Source of the DNA: Candidatus Methylomirabilota bacterium
GTDB taxonomy: Bacteria; Methylomirabilota; Methylomirabilia; Rokubacteriales; CSP1-6
DNA: 64,000 bases
Assembly (NCBI GenBank): GCA_036556545.1
Contig: DATBJF010000019.1
Span: 28,007 to 92,006, forward strand
Reading direction: 5' to 3'
Shown here: piece after piece, positions 28,267 through 36,558 of the stretch
How the letters are laid out: each line of letters begins with the position of its first letter
Numbering within the stretch: position 1 is the stretch's first letter
The notes under the pieces: model-generated
What the model was told of the DNA's origin: nothing
What the model saw: the letters and a program-made list of their open reading frames with translations, nothing else
The model's database searches: none
Translations under genes and position numbers: made by a program

Positions 28267-29172
28267 TCAGGCGCGGGCCCGCTTGACCTGGTCGGCGAGC
28301 TTGCAGAACGCGCACACCGTCGAGGTGGTCACCTGCCCGCACCGCGCACATTCCTGGAGCGCTCGCCCTTCGGCGCGCTCGAACGCCGGCCGCGCCTTCT
28401 CGAGGAAGCCGAAGAGGAAATTGTGCTTGGCGCCCGGCGACACGTCCTCCATCCGGTTCAAGATCTCCTTGTGGCTGATGGAAGTGGCGCCGGCGGCGAA
28501 GGGGCACTCCTCGACGATGTAGTCGATCCGCCGCAGGAACGCGTAGGCCGCCGTCTCCCGCTCCGAGAGCCGGTAGAGCGGCTTCACGCGGCGAACCAGC
28601 TTGGGGTGCGTCGAGGCGAGCGCCGGGGACTGGCGCGGCAGTGCGTCGGTCTGCCAGTGCATGACGGAGCCGAAGAGCGTCGCCGCCTCGTCGTCGAGGT
28701 TGTGGCCGGTGGCCACCACCGGAAGGCCGTGCTCGAGCGCCGTGAGATTCATCAAGTAGCGCTTGCTGAGACCGCAGCCGGAACACGGTGGTCGCCGCGT
28801 CACCTGCTTGATCACGGGCACCGGCGCGCCCACCTCGTCGGCCACCCGCCGCACGAGCAGCGGCACCCCGCGTCGCGCCGCGAACGTCTCGCATTTCGCG
28901 CGCGACTCGACGGAGTAGTCGAAGATGCCGAGGTCCAGGTACAAACCGGTGGTGTCGTAGCCCTCGTCGATGAGGACGTCCCACAGCGCCAACGAGTCCT
29001 TGCCGCCCGACACGGCCACCAGCATCCGCTCGTCGCGCGTGAACATGCGGTGCCGCCGGATCGCCTCCCGCACCTGGTTGCGGAAGAACGCCAGGAAGTC
29101 CTCGGCGCAGAAGGCGGCGTTGTGCCGCCGCAGCTCGAGCGTCGCGGTGCCCCCGCAGCGACGACACTTCAC
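28267..29172 (-). CDS. ttuA: TtuA/TtcA-family tRNA thiolation ATP pyrophosphatase
   Basis: N- and C-terminal Zn fingers, SGGKDS PP-loop, CSGC, TGHNLDDE, ECP. Confidence 0.85.
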   Translation of the reverse strand: MKCRRCGGTATLELRRHNAAFCAEDFLAFFRNQVREAIRRHRMFTRDERMLVAVSGGKDSLALWDVLIDEGYDTTGLYLDLGIFDYSVESRAKCETFAARRGVPLLVRRVADEVGAPVPVIKQVTRRPPCSGCGLSKRYLMNLTALEHGLPVVATGHNLDDEAATLFGSVMHWQTDALPRQSPALASTHPKLVRRVKPLYRLSERETAAYAFLRRIDYIVEECPFAAGATSISHKEILNRMEDVSPGAKHNFLFGFLEKARPAFERAEGRALQECARCGQVTTSTVCAFCKLADQVKRARA

Positions 29173-29369
29173 CGCCGGCCTCCGGACATCACGGGCCGCA
29201 GCTCGATGACGTCGTCGTCGCGCACGACCTGATCGGCGGTCACGAGATCGTCACCACGGATCACCAGCACCGTCTCGGGCAGGATGTCGAGCTCACGCAG
29301 GATCTCCTTCACGCGCCGGTTCCCGGCCACGGTGACTTCGCGTCGGGGATTTCGCAGCAAGACCTTCAT
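29169..29369 (-). CDS. ttuB: ThiS/MoaD-family sulfur carrier (TtuB-like)
   Basis: 66 aa, MKVLLRNPRREV...DDVIELRPVMSGGRR; overlaps ttuA start. Confidence 0.85.
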   Translation of the reverse strand: MKVLLRNPRREVTVAGNRRVKEILRELDILPETVLVIRGDDLVTADQVVRDDDVIELRPVMSGGRR

Positions 29370-29408
29370 TGCTTGGACTTCGCGTCGAGTATACCCGAAG
29401 ATAACGGC

Positions 29409-30032
29409 ATGTCCGATCGGCGCAGCCGTCTCGCGCGCGCGGCTTGGCGCACGCTCACGACGCGCGAGGTCTACGCGAACCCGTGGATCCGCGTCCGCGA
29501 GGACATCGCGGAGCTGCCGGACGGCCGCACGACACTCTACGGTGTCATCGAGGTGCCGCCCGCGGTCGGTGTCCTGCCGTTCCTCGACGCGCGCACGGTG
29601 GTGCTGGTGGGGCAGTACCGCTACGTGGCGCGCGGGTTCTACTGGGAGATGCCGACGGGCGGGATGAAGCCCGGCGAGACGGAGGAGGCGGCCGCCCAGC
29701 GGGAGCTCACCGAGGAGGCGGGCTACGAGGCGTCGCGGCTCGTCAAGCTCTGCACGTTCTACTCTTCCAAGTCGGTGCTCGACGAAGTGGCTCATCTGTA
29801 CCTCGCGGAAGGGCTGCGGCCGGCCACGCGGGCCGGCGACGACACCGAGTTCATCGAAGTCCGCGCGTTCCCGCTCGACGAGGTGCTCCGGATGGTCGAG
29901 CGCTCGGAGATCGTCGACGCGATGACGATCGTCGCCGTGCTGCACGCGGCCCGCCGCCGCTACGCCGCTACCGGGGAACGAGGACGACGGCGCCGCTCGG
30001 GGCCTGCGCGCCACCCTCGGGCTCGAGAGTGA
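29409..30032 (+). CDS. NUDIX hydrolase (ADP-ribose pyrophosphatase-like)
   Basis: QYRY...EMPTGG...AAQRELTEEAG. Confidence 0.85.
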   Translation: MSDRRSRLARAAWRTLTTREVYANPWIRVREDIAELPDGRTTLYGVIEVPPAVGVLPFLDARTVVLVGQYRYVARGFYWEMPTGGMKPGETEEAAAQRELTEEAGYEASRLVKLCTFYSSKSVLDEVAHLYLAEGLRPATRAGDDTEFIEVRAFPLDEVLRMVERSEIVDAMTIVAVLHAARRRYAATGERGRRRRSGPARHPRARE

Positions 30033-30723
30033 CGGAGAGCACTCGCACCGGCGTGTCCGCCGCCTCCGGCGGCACTTTCAGCGTCGCTCGTCCGCCGTCG
30101 TCGGGAACGAACACGCCGGCCATGCGCGGCGCCGCGCCCGCAAGCGTCCACAGCGCGTAAACCTTCCCGGCCGGCGGCGGTGGCAGCTTCGTCGCCAGGA
30201 GCAACCCGCCGCCCTCGCTCCACAGCACGCGCGCGACCGCGTCCGGGGCCGCCGGCTGGCCGCGAAGCTCCACCACGCGCGTGGTCGGATCACGCAGCAG
30301 CGCCAGCTCTTCACGCAGCGCGGCCTCGCTGCGCGCCAGCCGCTCGCGCGCGGCCGCCGTCTCGCGCGCCATCTGGCCCAGCCGCGCCTCGTATCGCGCG
30401 GCGACGTAGGCCGCACTGAACGCGCCGGTGGCCACGGAGGCGGCCACGATGCCGAGGGTCCAGGGCAGCCAGCGCCGCCGGCCGGGCGCCCCGGCCGCGG
30501 CGGCGCGCTTGACCAGCCGCTCGCGGACGCCGCTCGGCGGCGGCTCGGGCGGCCCGGCCATGGCCGCGCGCGCGAGCGCCTGCTCGGTCTGCCGGACGAG
30601 CGTCGCGCAGCGGGTGCACCCGCTGGCCAGGTGCGCTTCGAACTCGCGAAGGTCGTCGCCGTCGAGGGCCCCGACGGCATGGAGCGCCGCGAGCGTGTCG
30701 AACGGCTCGTGGCTGGCGCTCAC
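29968..30723 (-). CDS. RskA-type anti-sigma factor
   Basis: FEAHLASGCTRC Zn-like motif, TM helix, LPPPPAGKVYALW, VTLEPEGG. Confidence 0.82.
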   Translation of the reverse strand: MSASHEPFDTLAALHAVGALDGDDLREFEAHLASGCTRCATLVRQTEQALARAAMAGPPEPPPSGVRERLVKRAAAAGAPGRRRWLPWTLGIVAASVATGAFSAAYVAARYEARLGQMARETAAARERLARSEAALREELALLRDPTTRVVELRGQPAAPDAVARVLWSEGGGLLLATKLPPPPAGKVYALWTLAGAAPRMAGVFVPDDGGRATLKVPPEAADTPVRVLSVTLEPEGGAQAPSGAVVLVPR

Positions 30724-31283
30724 CGCGTCCTCACCATCTCCCGCAGGCGGTCGAGGGCCAGGCGCAGGCGCGTCTTGACCGTGCCGAGCGGCTGCTTGAG
30801 GCGGGCTGTGATTTCCGTCTGCGTGAGGCCGCCGTAGTACGCGAGCTCGAGCGCCTCGCGCTGCGGATCGGGTAGCCGCTCGAAGGCTCGCCTGAGCACG
30901 CTGCGGTCGAGGCTCGGCGGCCGCTCGAGCGGCGCCGCCGACGGCGTCGACGTCGCGCGAGCGCCGAGCGGTACCGCGTCGCGCTTCCGGCGGGCCGCCC
31001 GCATCCGATCGATGGCGCTCGCCCGCGCCAGTGTGACGACCCACGCATCCGGCGTGGCCCCGGCGGCGTCGTACGATGGCGCCCGCTCGCGCGACTCCCA
31101 GAAGACGGCCTGCAGACACTCGGCGGCGTCGGCGGGATCGGGCAGGATCCGGAGGATCAGCGGATAGATGAGCGGCGCGTAGTGATCGTAGAAGCGCGCG
31201 AACGCCTCAGCGTCTCCTTCGGCCATCTGCTGAATCAGGTCGGCGCCGTTCGACATCCCCCGCTTTTCACTACCAGAACTCAC
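30720..31283 (-). CDS. ECF sigma factor (SigK-like)
   Basis: GDAEAFARFYD, LAYYGGLTQTEI...PLGTVKTRLR. Confidence 0.88.
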   Translation of the reverse strand: MSSGSEKRGMSNGADLIQQMAEGDAEAFARFYDHYAPLIYPLILRILPDPADAAECLQAVFWESRERAPSYDAAGATPDAWVVTLARASAIDRMRAARRKRDAVPLGARATSTPSAAPLERPPSLDRSVLRRAFERLPDPQREALELAYYGGLTQTEITARLKQPLGTVKTRLRLALDRLREMVRTR

Positions 31284-31318
31284 CCGCTCGTGACAAGACG
31301 CGATGCTATCCTGACGAC

Positions 31319-31669
31319 CTGAACAACATCTTCGACGACCTTCCCGAGCGTCTCCCCGCCGAGCACATCGACGTTCTGGCCTCCGCGCCCGGCGTCAGGA
31401 TCGAGCGCATCGTGTCGACGGGGCACGTGACGCCGCCGGGACAGTGGCTCGACCAGGACACGGATGAGTGGGTCGTGCTGCTTCGGGGCCGCGCACGGCT
31501 CCGCATCGCCGGCGACGCCGATCCGCTGGATCTCCATCCGGGGCACCACATCCTGCTGCGGGCGCATGTGCGGCATCGCGTGGAATGGACCGACGATCTG
31601 GGCCCGACCGTATGGCTGGCCGTCCACTGGACCGACCTTCGGGCCGCGCGTCGACATCGCGGCGCTTGA
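31319..31669 (+). CDS. Cupin-domain protein
   Basis: NIFDDLP...VRIERIVSTGH...DQDTDEWVVLLRG...HRVEWT. The coding-like frame extends upstream of the track start to a probable CTG start. Confidence 0.75.
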   Translation: MNNIFDDLPERLPAEHIDVLASAPGVRIERIVSTGHVTPPGQWLDQDTDEWVVLLRGRARLRIAGDADPLDLHPGHHILLRAHVRHRVEWTDDLGPTVWLAVHWTDLRAARRHRGA

Positions 31670-31737
31670 CAAGCTCACGCGGCGCCCAGGCCGGCGCAGC
31701 GACCCTGAGCGGTGGTCGCGGACCGCCGCCCGTCGGC

Positions 31738-33021
31738 TCAGGCGGGTGGCTCGCGTCGAACGACGCGCCGCGCTTTCAGCTCGAAACGCGGCAGGGCGCG
31801 CGCCGCCGCCGCCACCTCCAGACGCAGGCCCAGCGCCGCCCGCAGCGCCTCCTGCACCAGGCCGCACAGCGCGCGGCTGTCGCCCTCGGGCGCCTCGATC
31901 AGGACGCGCGCCTCCTGCAGCTCGCCGGTCCGGAAGACCTCGATCTGAAACTCCTCGATGCCCGTGAAGCGCCGCACGATGCCCTCGATCGCCGAGGGAA
32001 AGACGTTGACGCCACGGATGATGAGCATGTCGTCGAGCCGCCCGAGGATGCCGCCTTCGAGCCGGCGAAACGTGCGGCCGCACGCGCACGGCGCCTCCGT
32101 GAGCCGCACGCGGTCGCCCGTGCGATATCGGACCACGGGCGACCCGCCACGGCCGAGGTTCGTCAGGACGAGCTCGCCTTCCGACGCCGGCGCCAGGGTG
32201 ACGGGGTCGAGCACCTCCGCGATGAACTCGGCTTCGTTGACGTGCAGGCCCGCCTGCTCGGCGCACTCGTAGCCGTACGCGCCGACCTCCGTCATGCCCG
32301 CATGGTCGAAGGCGCGCGCGCCCCAGCCGGCTTCGATCCGCGCGCGCACCGCCGGGATGCCGGCACCCGGCTCGCCGGCATGCACGGTCACCCGGACGCC
32401 GAGCTTGCCCGGATCGAGACGGCGCTCGCGGGCCGTCTCCACGAGATGAAGCGCGTACGATGGCGTGCACACGAGCGCGGTGGCGCCGAGCGCCTGCATG
32501 GTACCCAGGCGCGCGACGGAGTCCTGGCCGCCGCCGGGAATCGCGAGCGCTCCCAGCGCGCGGGCGCCCTCGAAGCCCGCCCAGAAGCCGACGAAGAGCC
32601 CGAACGAGAACGGGAAATACACGCGATCGCCGGCACCGATGCCGGCGCCGGCGAGCACGAAGCCCCAGCAGCGCGCCCACCAGTCCCACGACGCCTGCGT
32701 CTCCAGCCAGCGAATCGGCTGCCCACTCGTCCCCGACGTCTGATGCACGCGGACGTAGCGGTCGAGCGGATACGTCAGGTTGGTGCCGAACGGCGGATGC
32801 GCGGCCTGATCCTCGACCAGGTCGATCTTGCCCAACGGCGGGAGCCGGCGAAAGTCGTCCCAGTCGGTGAGATCGTCGGCGCGCGTCAGGCCGGCCGCCC
32901 GCCACCGGCTCGTCCAGAACGGGTTGGTGCCGAGCGTCTCGCGGACCAGGGCCCGGAAGCGCCGCCAGCGCTCGTCGCTCAACCGGTCGCGCGGCGCCGA
33001 CTCGACAGCCCGATCGAACAC
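31738..33021 (-). CDS. Phenylacetate--CoA ligase-family protein
   Basis: HQTSGTSG, HAGEPG, DHAGMTE, VRYRTGD, GRLDDMLIIRGVNVFP. Confidence 0.85.
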   Translation of the reverse strand: MFDRAVESAPRDRLSDERWRRFRALVRETLGTNPFWTSRWRAAGLTRADDLTDWDDFRRLPPLGKIDLVEDQAAHPPFGTNLTYPLDRYVRVHQTSGTSGQPIRWLETQASWDWWARCWGFVLAGAGIGAGDRVYFPFSFGLFVGFWAGFEGARALGALAIPGGGQDSVARLGTMQALGATALVCTPSYALHLVETARERRLDPGKLGVRVTVHAGEPGAGIPAVRARIEAGWGARAFDHAGMTEVGAYGYECAEQAGLHVNEAEFIAEVLDPVTLAPASEGELVLTNLGRGGSPVVRYRTGDRVRLTEAPCACGRTFRRLEGGILGRLDDMLIIRGVNVFPSAIEGIVRRFTGIEEFQIEVFRTGELQEARVLIEAPEGDSRALCGLVQEALRAALGLRLEVAAAARALPRFELKARRVVRREPPA

Positions 33022-33022
33022 G

Positions 33023-34573
33023 TCAGCTCCGCAGCTTGAAGCGCTGGATCTTCCCGGTCGCCGTCTTCGGCAGCTCGGTGACGAACTCGATCCAGCGCGG
33101 ATACTTGTACGGCGCGATCTTGTCCTTCACGAACCCCTTCAGCTCCTCGGCGAGCCCGCTGCCGGCACCGGCCGGCTCCTTCAGCACGACGAACGCCTTC
33201 GGCTTCACGAGGCGGTCGGTGTCCTCGTGGCCGACGACGGCGGCTTCGAGGACGGCCGGATGGCGGATCAGCGTGTTCTCGACCTCCACCGGTGACACCC
33301 AGATGCCGCCCACCTTGAGCATGTCGTCGGCGCGTCCGGCGTACCAGAAGTAGCCGTCGGCATCCTGGTAGTACTTGTCGCCGGTCTGGATCCAGTGCCC
33401 GTGCAGCGTGTCCTTCGTCTTCTCGTGCTTGTTCCAGTAGTAGGCCATCGTCGACTCGCCCTTGACTCTGAGATTCCCGATCTCGCCCTGCTTCACCGGC
33501 AGCCCGGCATCGTCGACGATGATGGCTTCGTAGCCGGGCACGGGCAGGCCGGTGGAGCCGGGACGCGCGGCGCCGGGGCGGTTCGACAGGAAGATATGGA
33601 GGATCTCGGTCGTGCCGATGCCGTCGATGATCTCGACGCCGAAGCGCTCCTTCCAGCGCGAGTAGATCTCGTCGGGCAACGCTTCGCCGGCCGAGACGCA
33701 CAGGCGGAGCGACGACAGATCCCACCGCTCGTGGGCGTCCTTCACCGCGAGCATGGCGGCGTAGAGCGTCGGCACGCCGAAGAACATCGTGGGGCGATGG
33801 CGGGTCAGGATCTCGAACACGCTGTCCGGGGTCGGGCGATGCGGGGAGAGCACGCTCTCCGCGCCGGCGCCCATCGGGAAGTAGCCCGCGTTGCCGAGGC
33901 CGTACGCGAAGAAGAGCTTGGCGGCGGAGAAGACGCGGTCCCTGCTTCCGAGACCGAGCACCTGCCGCGCATACGTCTCGTAACACACCACCATGTCGTG
34001 ATGGAGGTGCACCGCGCCCTTCGGGCGGCCGGTGGACCCCGATGAGTAGAGCCAGAAGGCGGCGTCATCGCGCGACGTGGGCGCCGCCTCCAGTCGTGAC
34101 GACGCTTTCTCCAGGCAGGCCTCGTAGGACAGGTGCGCGCCCGGCTTGCCGCCGGCGACCAGCACGTGGCGGAGCTGCGGGGCGCCGGCGAGCACGGGAC
34201 CGGCCTCGGCCAGCAACGGCGCGGAGATCACGGCGGCCTTGGCGCGGCTGTCCTGGAGGAAGTAGAGGTAATCGGCGCCTCGCATGAGCGTGTTCACGGG
34301 GATCGGCACCGCGCCGATCTTGATGGCGCCCCAGAACGCGCCCAGAAACTCCGGCGCATCCAGGCACAGCACGAGCACCCGATCCTCCATGCCGATGCCG
34401 AGGTCGCGGAGGGCGTTGCCGGTGCGGTTCGTCAGCTCGAGCACGTCGGCGTAGCTCAGCACGCGGTCGTCGCACCGAAAAGCAGTCGCGGTACCGCGGC
34501 CCTCGGCGACGTTCCGATCCACGAACCACGTGGCGACGTTGAACTGCGCGGGCAGCGATTCCCACGTGTTCAT
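33023..34573 (-). CDS. Benzoate--CoA ligase
   Basis: FWLYSSGSTGRPKG, AKLFFAYGLGN, DGIGTTEILHIF, LPKTATGKIQRF; box context. Confidence 0.9.
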   Translation of the reverse strand: MNTWESLPAQFNVATWFVDRNVAEGRGTATAFRCDDRVLSYADVLELTNRTGNALRDLGIGMEDRVLVLCLDAPEFLGAFWGAIKIGAVPIPVNTLMRGADYLYFLQDSRAKAAVISAPLLAEAGPVLAGAPQLRHVLVAGGKPGAHLSYEACLEKASSRLEAAPTSRDDAAFWLYSSGSTGRPKGAVHLHHDMVVCYETYARQVLGLGSRDRVFSAAKLFFAYGLGNAGYFPMGAGAESVLSPHRPTPDSVFEILTRHRPTMFFGVPTLYAAMLAVKDAHERWDLSSLRLCVSAGEALPDEIYSRWKERFGVEIIDGIGTTEILHIFLSNRPGAARPGSTGLPVPGYEAIIVDDAGLPVKQGEIGNLRVKGESTMAYYWNKHEKTKDTLHGHWIQTGDKYYQDADGYFWYAGRADDMLKVGGIWVSPVEVENTLIRHPAVLEAAVVGHEDTDRLVKPKAFVVLKEPAGAGSGLAEELKGFVKDKIAPYKYPRWIEFVTELPKTATGKIQRFKLRS

Positions 34574-34601
34574 CGGAATCTCCTCATTTCCGTCCAGTCA
34601 A

Positions 34602-34617
34602 TGGCACTGGCCTTGCT
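34602..34617 (+). promoter_or_regulatory. Sigma-54-type promoter
   Basis: TGGCACTGGCCTTGCT, followed by AGGAGGT SD. Confidence 0.78.
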
Positions 34618-34643
34618 CCGTCTACCGCCCCAGGAGGTGCGGT

Positions 34644-35081
34644 ATGAAATCCTTGCTCCTTGCCCTGCTTGGCGTGGCAGTGCTCGCCGCGCCCGTGACC
34701 GAGACGCTCGCGCAGGCCAGCTCGAGCAGCTCCAGCTCGACGAGCCCGGCGAGCCCGTCGGCGAGCCCGGCCGCTCCGTCGGCCCCGTCGGCATCCGGCT
34801 CTTCGTCCTCCTCCACCACGACCACTACGACCGACAAGCCGGCCGCGACGGCGCCGGCCCCCGGTGCCAGCGGCAGCGTGAGCGGGACGGTCAAGAGCGA
34901 GTCGAGCCGTGATGACGGCGCCTCGGCGCTCCCGCGCTCGTCCGTGGAGCGCACCACCATCTTCGGGCTCAGCCCGACCGCGGCCGTGCTGATCGCGGCC
35001 GCCCTGCTCCTGGTGGTCGTCCTCGCCATCGTGGCCATGACCCGCAGCAGCGGCGACTACATCGACAACCGTCGGTTGTAG
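34644..35081 (+). CDS. Ser/Pro/Thr-rich exported protein with C-terminal TM anchor
   Basis: Signal peptide MKSLLLALLG..., low-complexity core, C-terminal hydrophobic helix. Confidence 0.7.
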   Translation: MKSLLLALLGVAVLAAPVTETLAQASSSSSSSTSPASPSASPAAPSAPSASGSSSSSTTTTTTDKPAATAPAPGASGSVSGTVKSESSRDDGASALPRSSVERTTIFGLSPTAAVLIAAALLLVVVLAIVAMTRSSGDYIDNRRL

Positions 35082-35084
35082 GTC

Positions 35085-35135
35085 GCGGGCGGTCGGTCGC
35101 GCGCGGTTCCTCCCGAGCGGCGCGCGACCGCCCGC
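35085..35135. terminator. Hairpin between convergent genes
   Basis: GCGGGCGGTCG...CGACCGCCCGC inverted repeat. Confidence 0.5.
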
Positions 35136-35139
35136 TGGC

Positions 35140-36558
35140 TCACCCCGCCAGCTTCACGTACTCGAACTCTACCGGCTTGCCGTTGATGCCGCGCGCGGGA
35201 GGCGCGATCCAGCTTGCCGACTTCCCGGGCTCCGTCACCGGCGCCATCAGGCTCTGCACGAACTCCTCGTCGGCCGCGCTCGGCAGCCACTCGTCCTTGC
35301 GTGCCTCCCACTCGGCGTCGCTCAGGACGCGGCCGTCCGGCGAGACGCGCGTCTCCGCGAACGTCCCGATGGCGCGGTGGAAACCCCGGTGCGGAAGCAC
35401 GAAGGCGAAGTCGATGCCGTGCTCGCGGATCGTCCGGTTCCACCGGTCGAGGCCGCGCTGGCAGTCGGCGATGTAGTCATCGCGCAGCCGCTCGTTCAGC
35501 GACGGCAGCGCGGCCTCCTCGCGCGTCACGAGGCGCGCGCCGTCGAGCGCGACCACCGGGTACGTCCCGGTCTTGAGCAGATGATCGTCCGTCTTCTTCG
35601 TCTCCTCGAACCGTCCCTTGAGGCTCATGGTGTAGAAGTTCGCGGCGTTGGTCGAGATCTCGGAGCCGAAGAGATCCAGCGAGACCGAGTAGTGGAAGTT
35701 GAGGTACTTCTGCATCGTCGCCAGGTCGATGGCGCCGTGTTTCCGGACGTCATCCGTCTTGTGCCGGCGCATCAGCTCGCACGTCCGTTGGACCACGCGT
35801 CCGATGCCCGTCTCGCCGACGAACATGTGATGCGCCTCTTCGGTCAGCATGAACCGGCAGGTGCGCGAGAGCGGATCGAAGCCGCTTTCGCACAGGCTCG
35901 CCAGCTGGTACTTGCCGTCGCGGTCGGTGAAGTAGGTGAACATCAGATAGGCCAGCCAGTGCGGCGTGCGCTCGTTGAAGGCGCCGAGGATGCGCGGCTT
36001 GTCACGGTCCCCCGAGCGGCGCTGCAGCAGCGCCTCTGCCTCTTCGCGGCCGTCACGGCCGAAGTACGCCTGGAGCAAGTACACCATCGCCCACAGGTGC
36101 CGGCCCTCCTCCACGTTGATCTGGAAGAGGTTGCGGAGATCGTAGAGGGACGGGCACGTCCGGCCGAGGTGGCGCTGCTGCTCGACGGAGGCCGGCTCGG
36201 TATCGCCCTGCGTCACGATGAGCCGCCGCAGCGTGCCGCGGTATTCCCCGGGCACCTCCTGCCACGCCGGCTCACCCTTGTGGTCGCCGAAGGCGATCGT
36301 GCGGCTCGGCTCCGGATCGGCCAGGAAGATGCCCCAGCGATAGTCCGGCATCTTCACCCAGCCGAAGTTCGCCCAGCCCTGCGCGTCCACGCTGATGGCC
36401 GTGCGGAGGTACACGTCGCGCGCCTGGAAGCCGTCGGGGCCCATGTCGCGCCACCAGTCCAGAAACTTCGGCTGCCATTCCTCGAGCGCGCGCTGAAGGC
36501 GGCGGTTCTCGACGAGGTTGACGTTGTTCGGGATTCGCTCGAGATAGTCGATCGCCAT
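35140..36558 (-). CDS. boxB: Benzoyl-CoA 2,3-epoxidase subunit BoxB
   Basis: MAIDYLERIPNNV, QGDTEPASVEQQ, EEGRHLW and EEAHHMF di-iron motifs. Confidence 0.95.
   Translation of the reverse strand: MAIDYLERIPNNVNLVENRRLQRALEEWQPKFLDWWRDMGPDGFQARDVYLRTAISVDAQGWANFGWVKMPDYRWGIFLADPEPSRTIAFGDHKGEPAWQEVPGEYRGTLRRLIVTQGDTEPASVEQQRHLGRTCPSLYDLRNLFQINVEEGRHLWAMVYLLQAYFGRDGREEAEALLQRRSGDRDKPRILGAFNERTPHWLAYLMFTYFTDRDGKYQLASLCESGFDPLSRTCRFMLTEEAHHMFVGETGIGRVVQRTCELMRRHKTDDVRKHGAIDLATMQKYLNFHYSVSLDLFGSEISTNAANFYTMSLKGRFEETKKTDDHLLKTGTYPVVALDGARLVTREEAALPSLNERLRDDYIADCQRGLDRWNRTIREHGIDFAFVLPHRGFHRAIGTFAETRVSPDGRVLSDAEWEARKDEWLPSAADEEFVQSLMAPVTEPGKSASWIAPPARGINGKPVEFEYVKLAG

Noticed and set aside
29968-30032. 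Convergent 3' overlaps (also 3523-3536 and 43911-43923)
   Set aside because: Short tail overlaps are common in high-GC genomes; no evidence of function.
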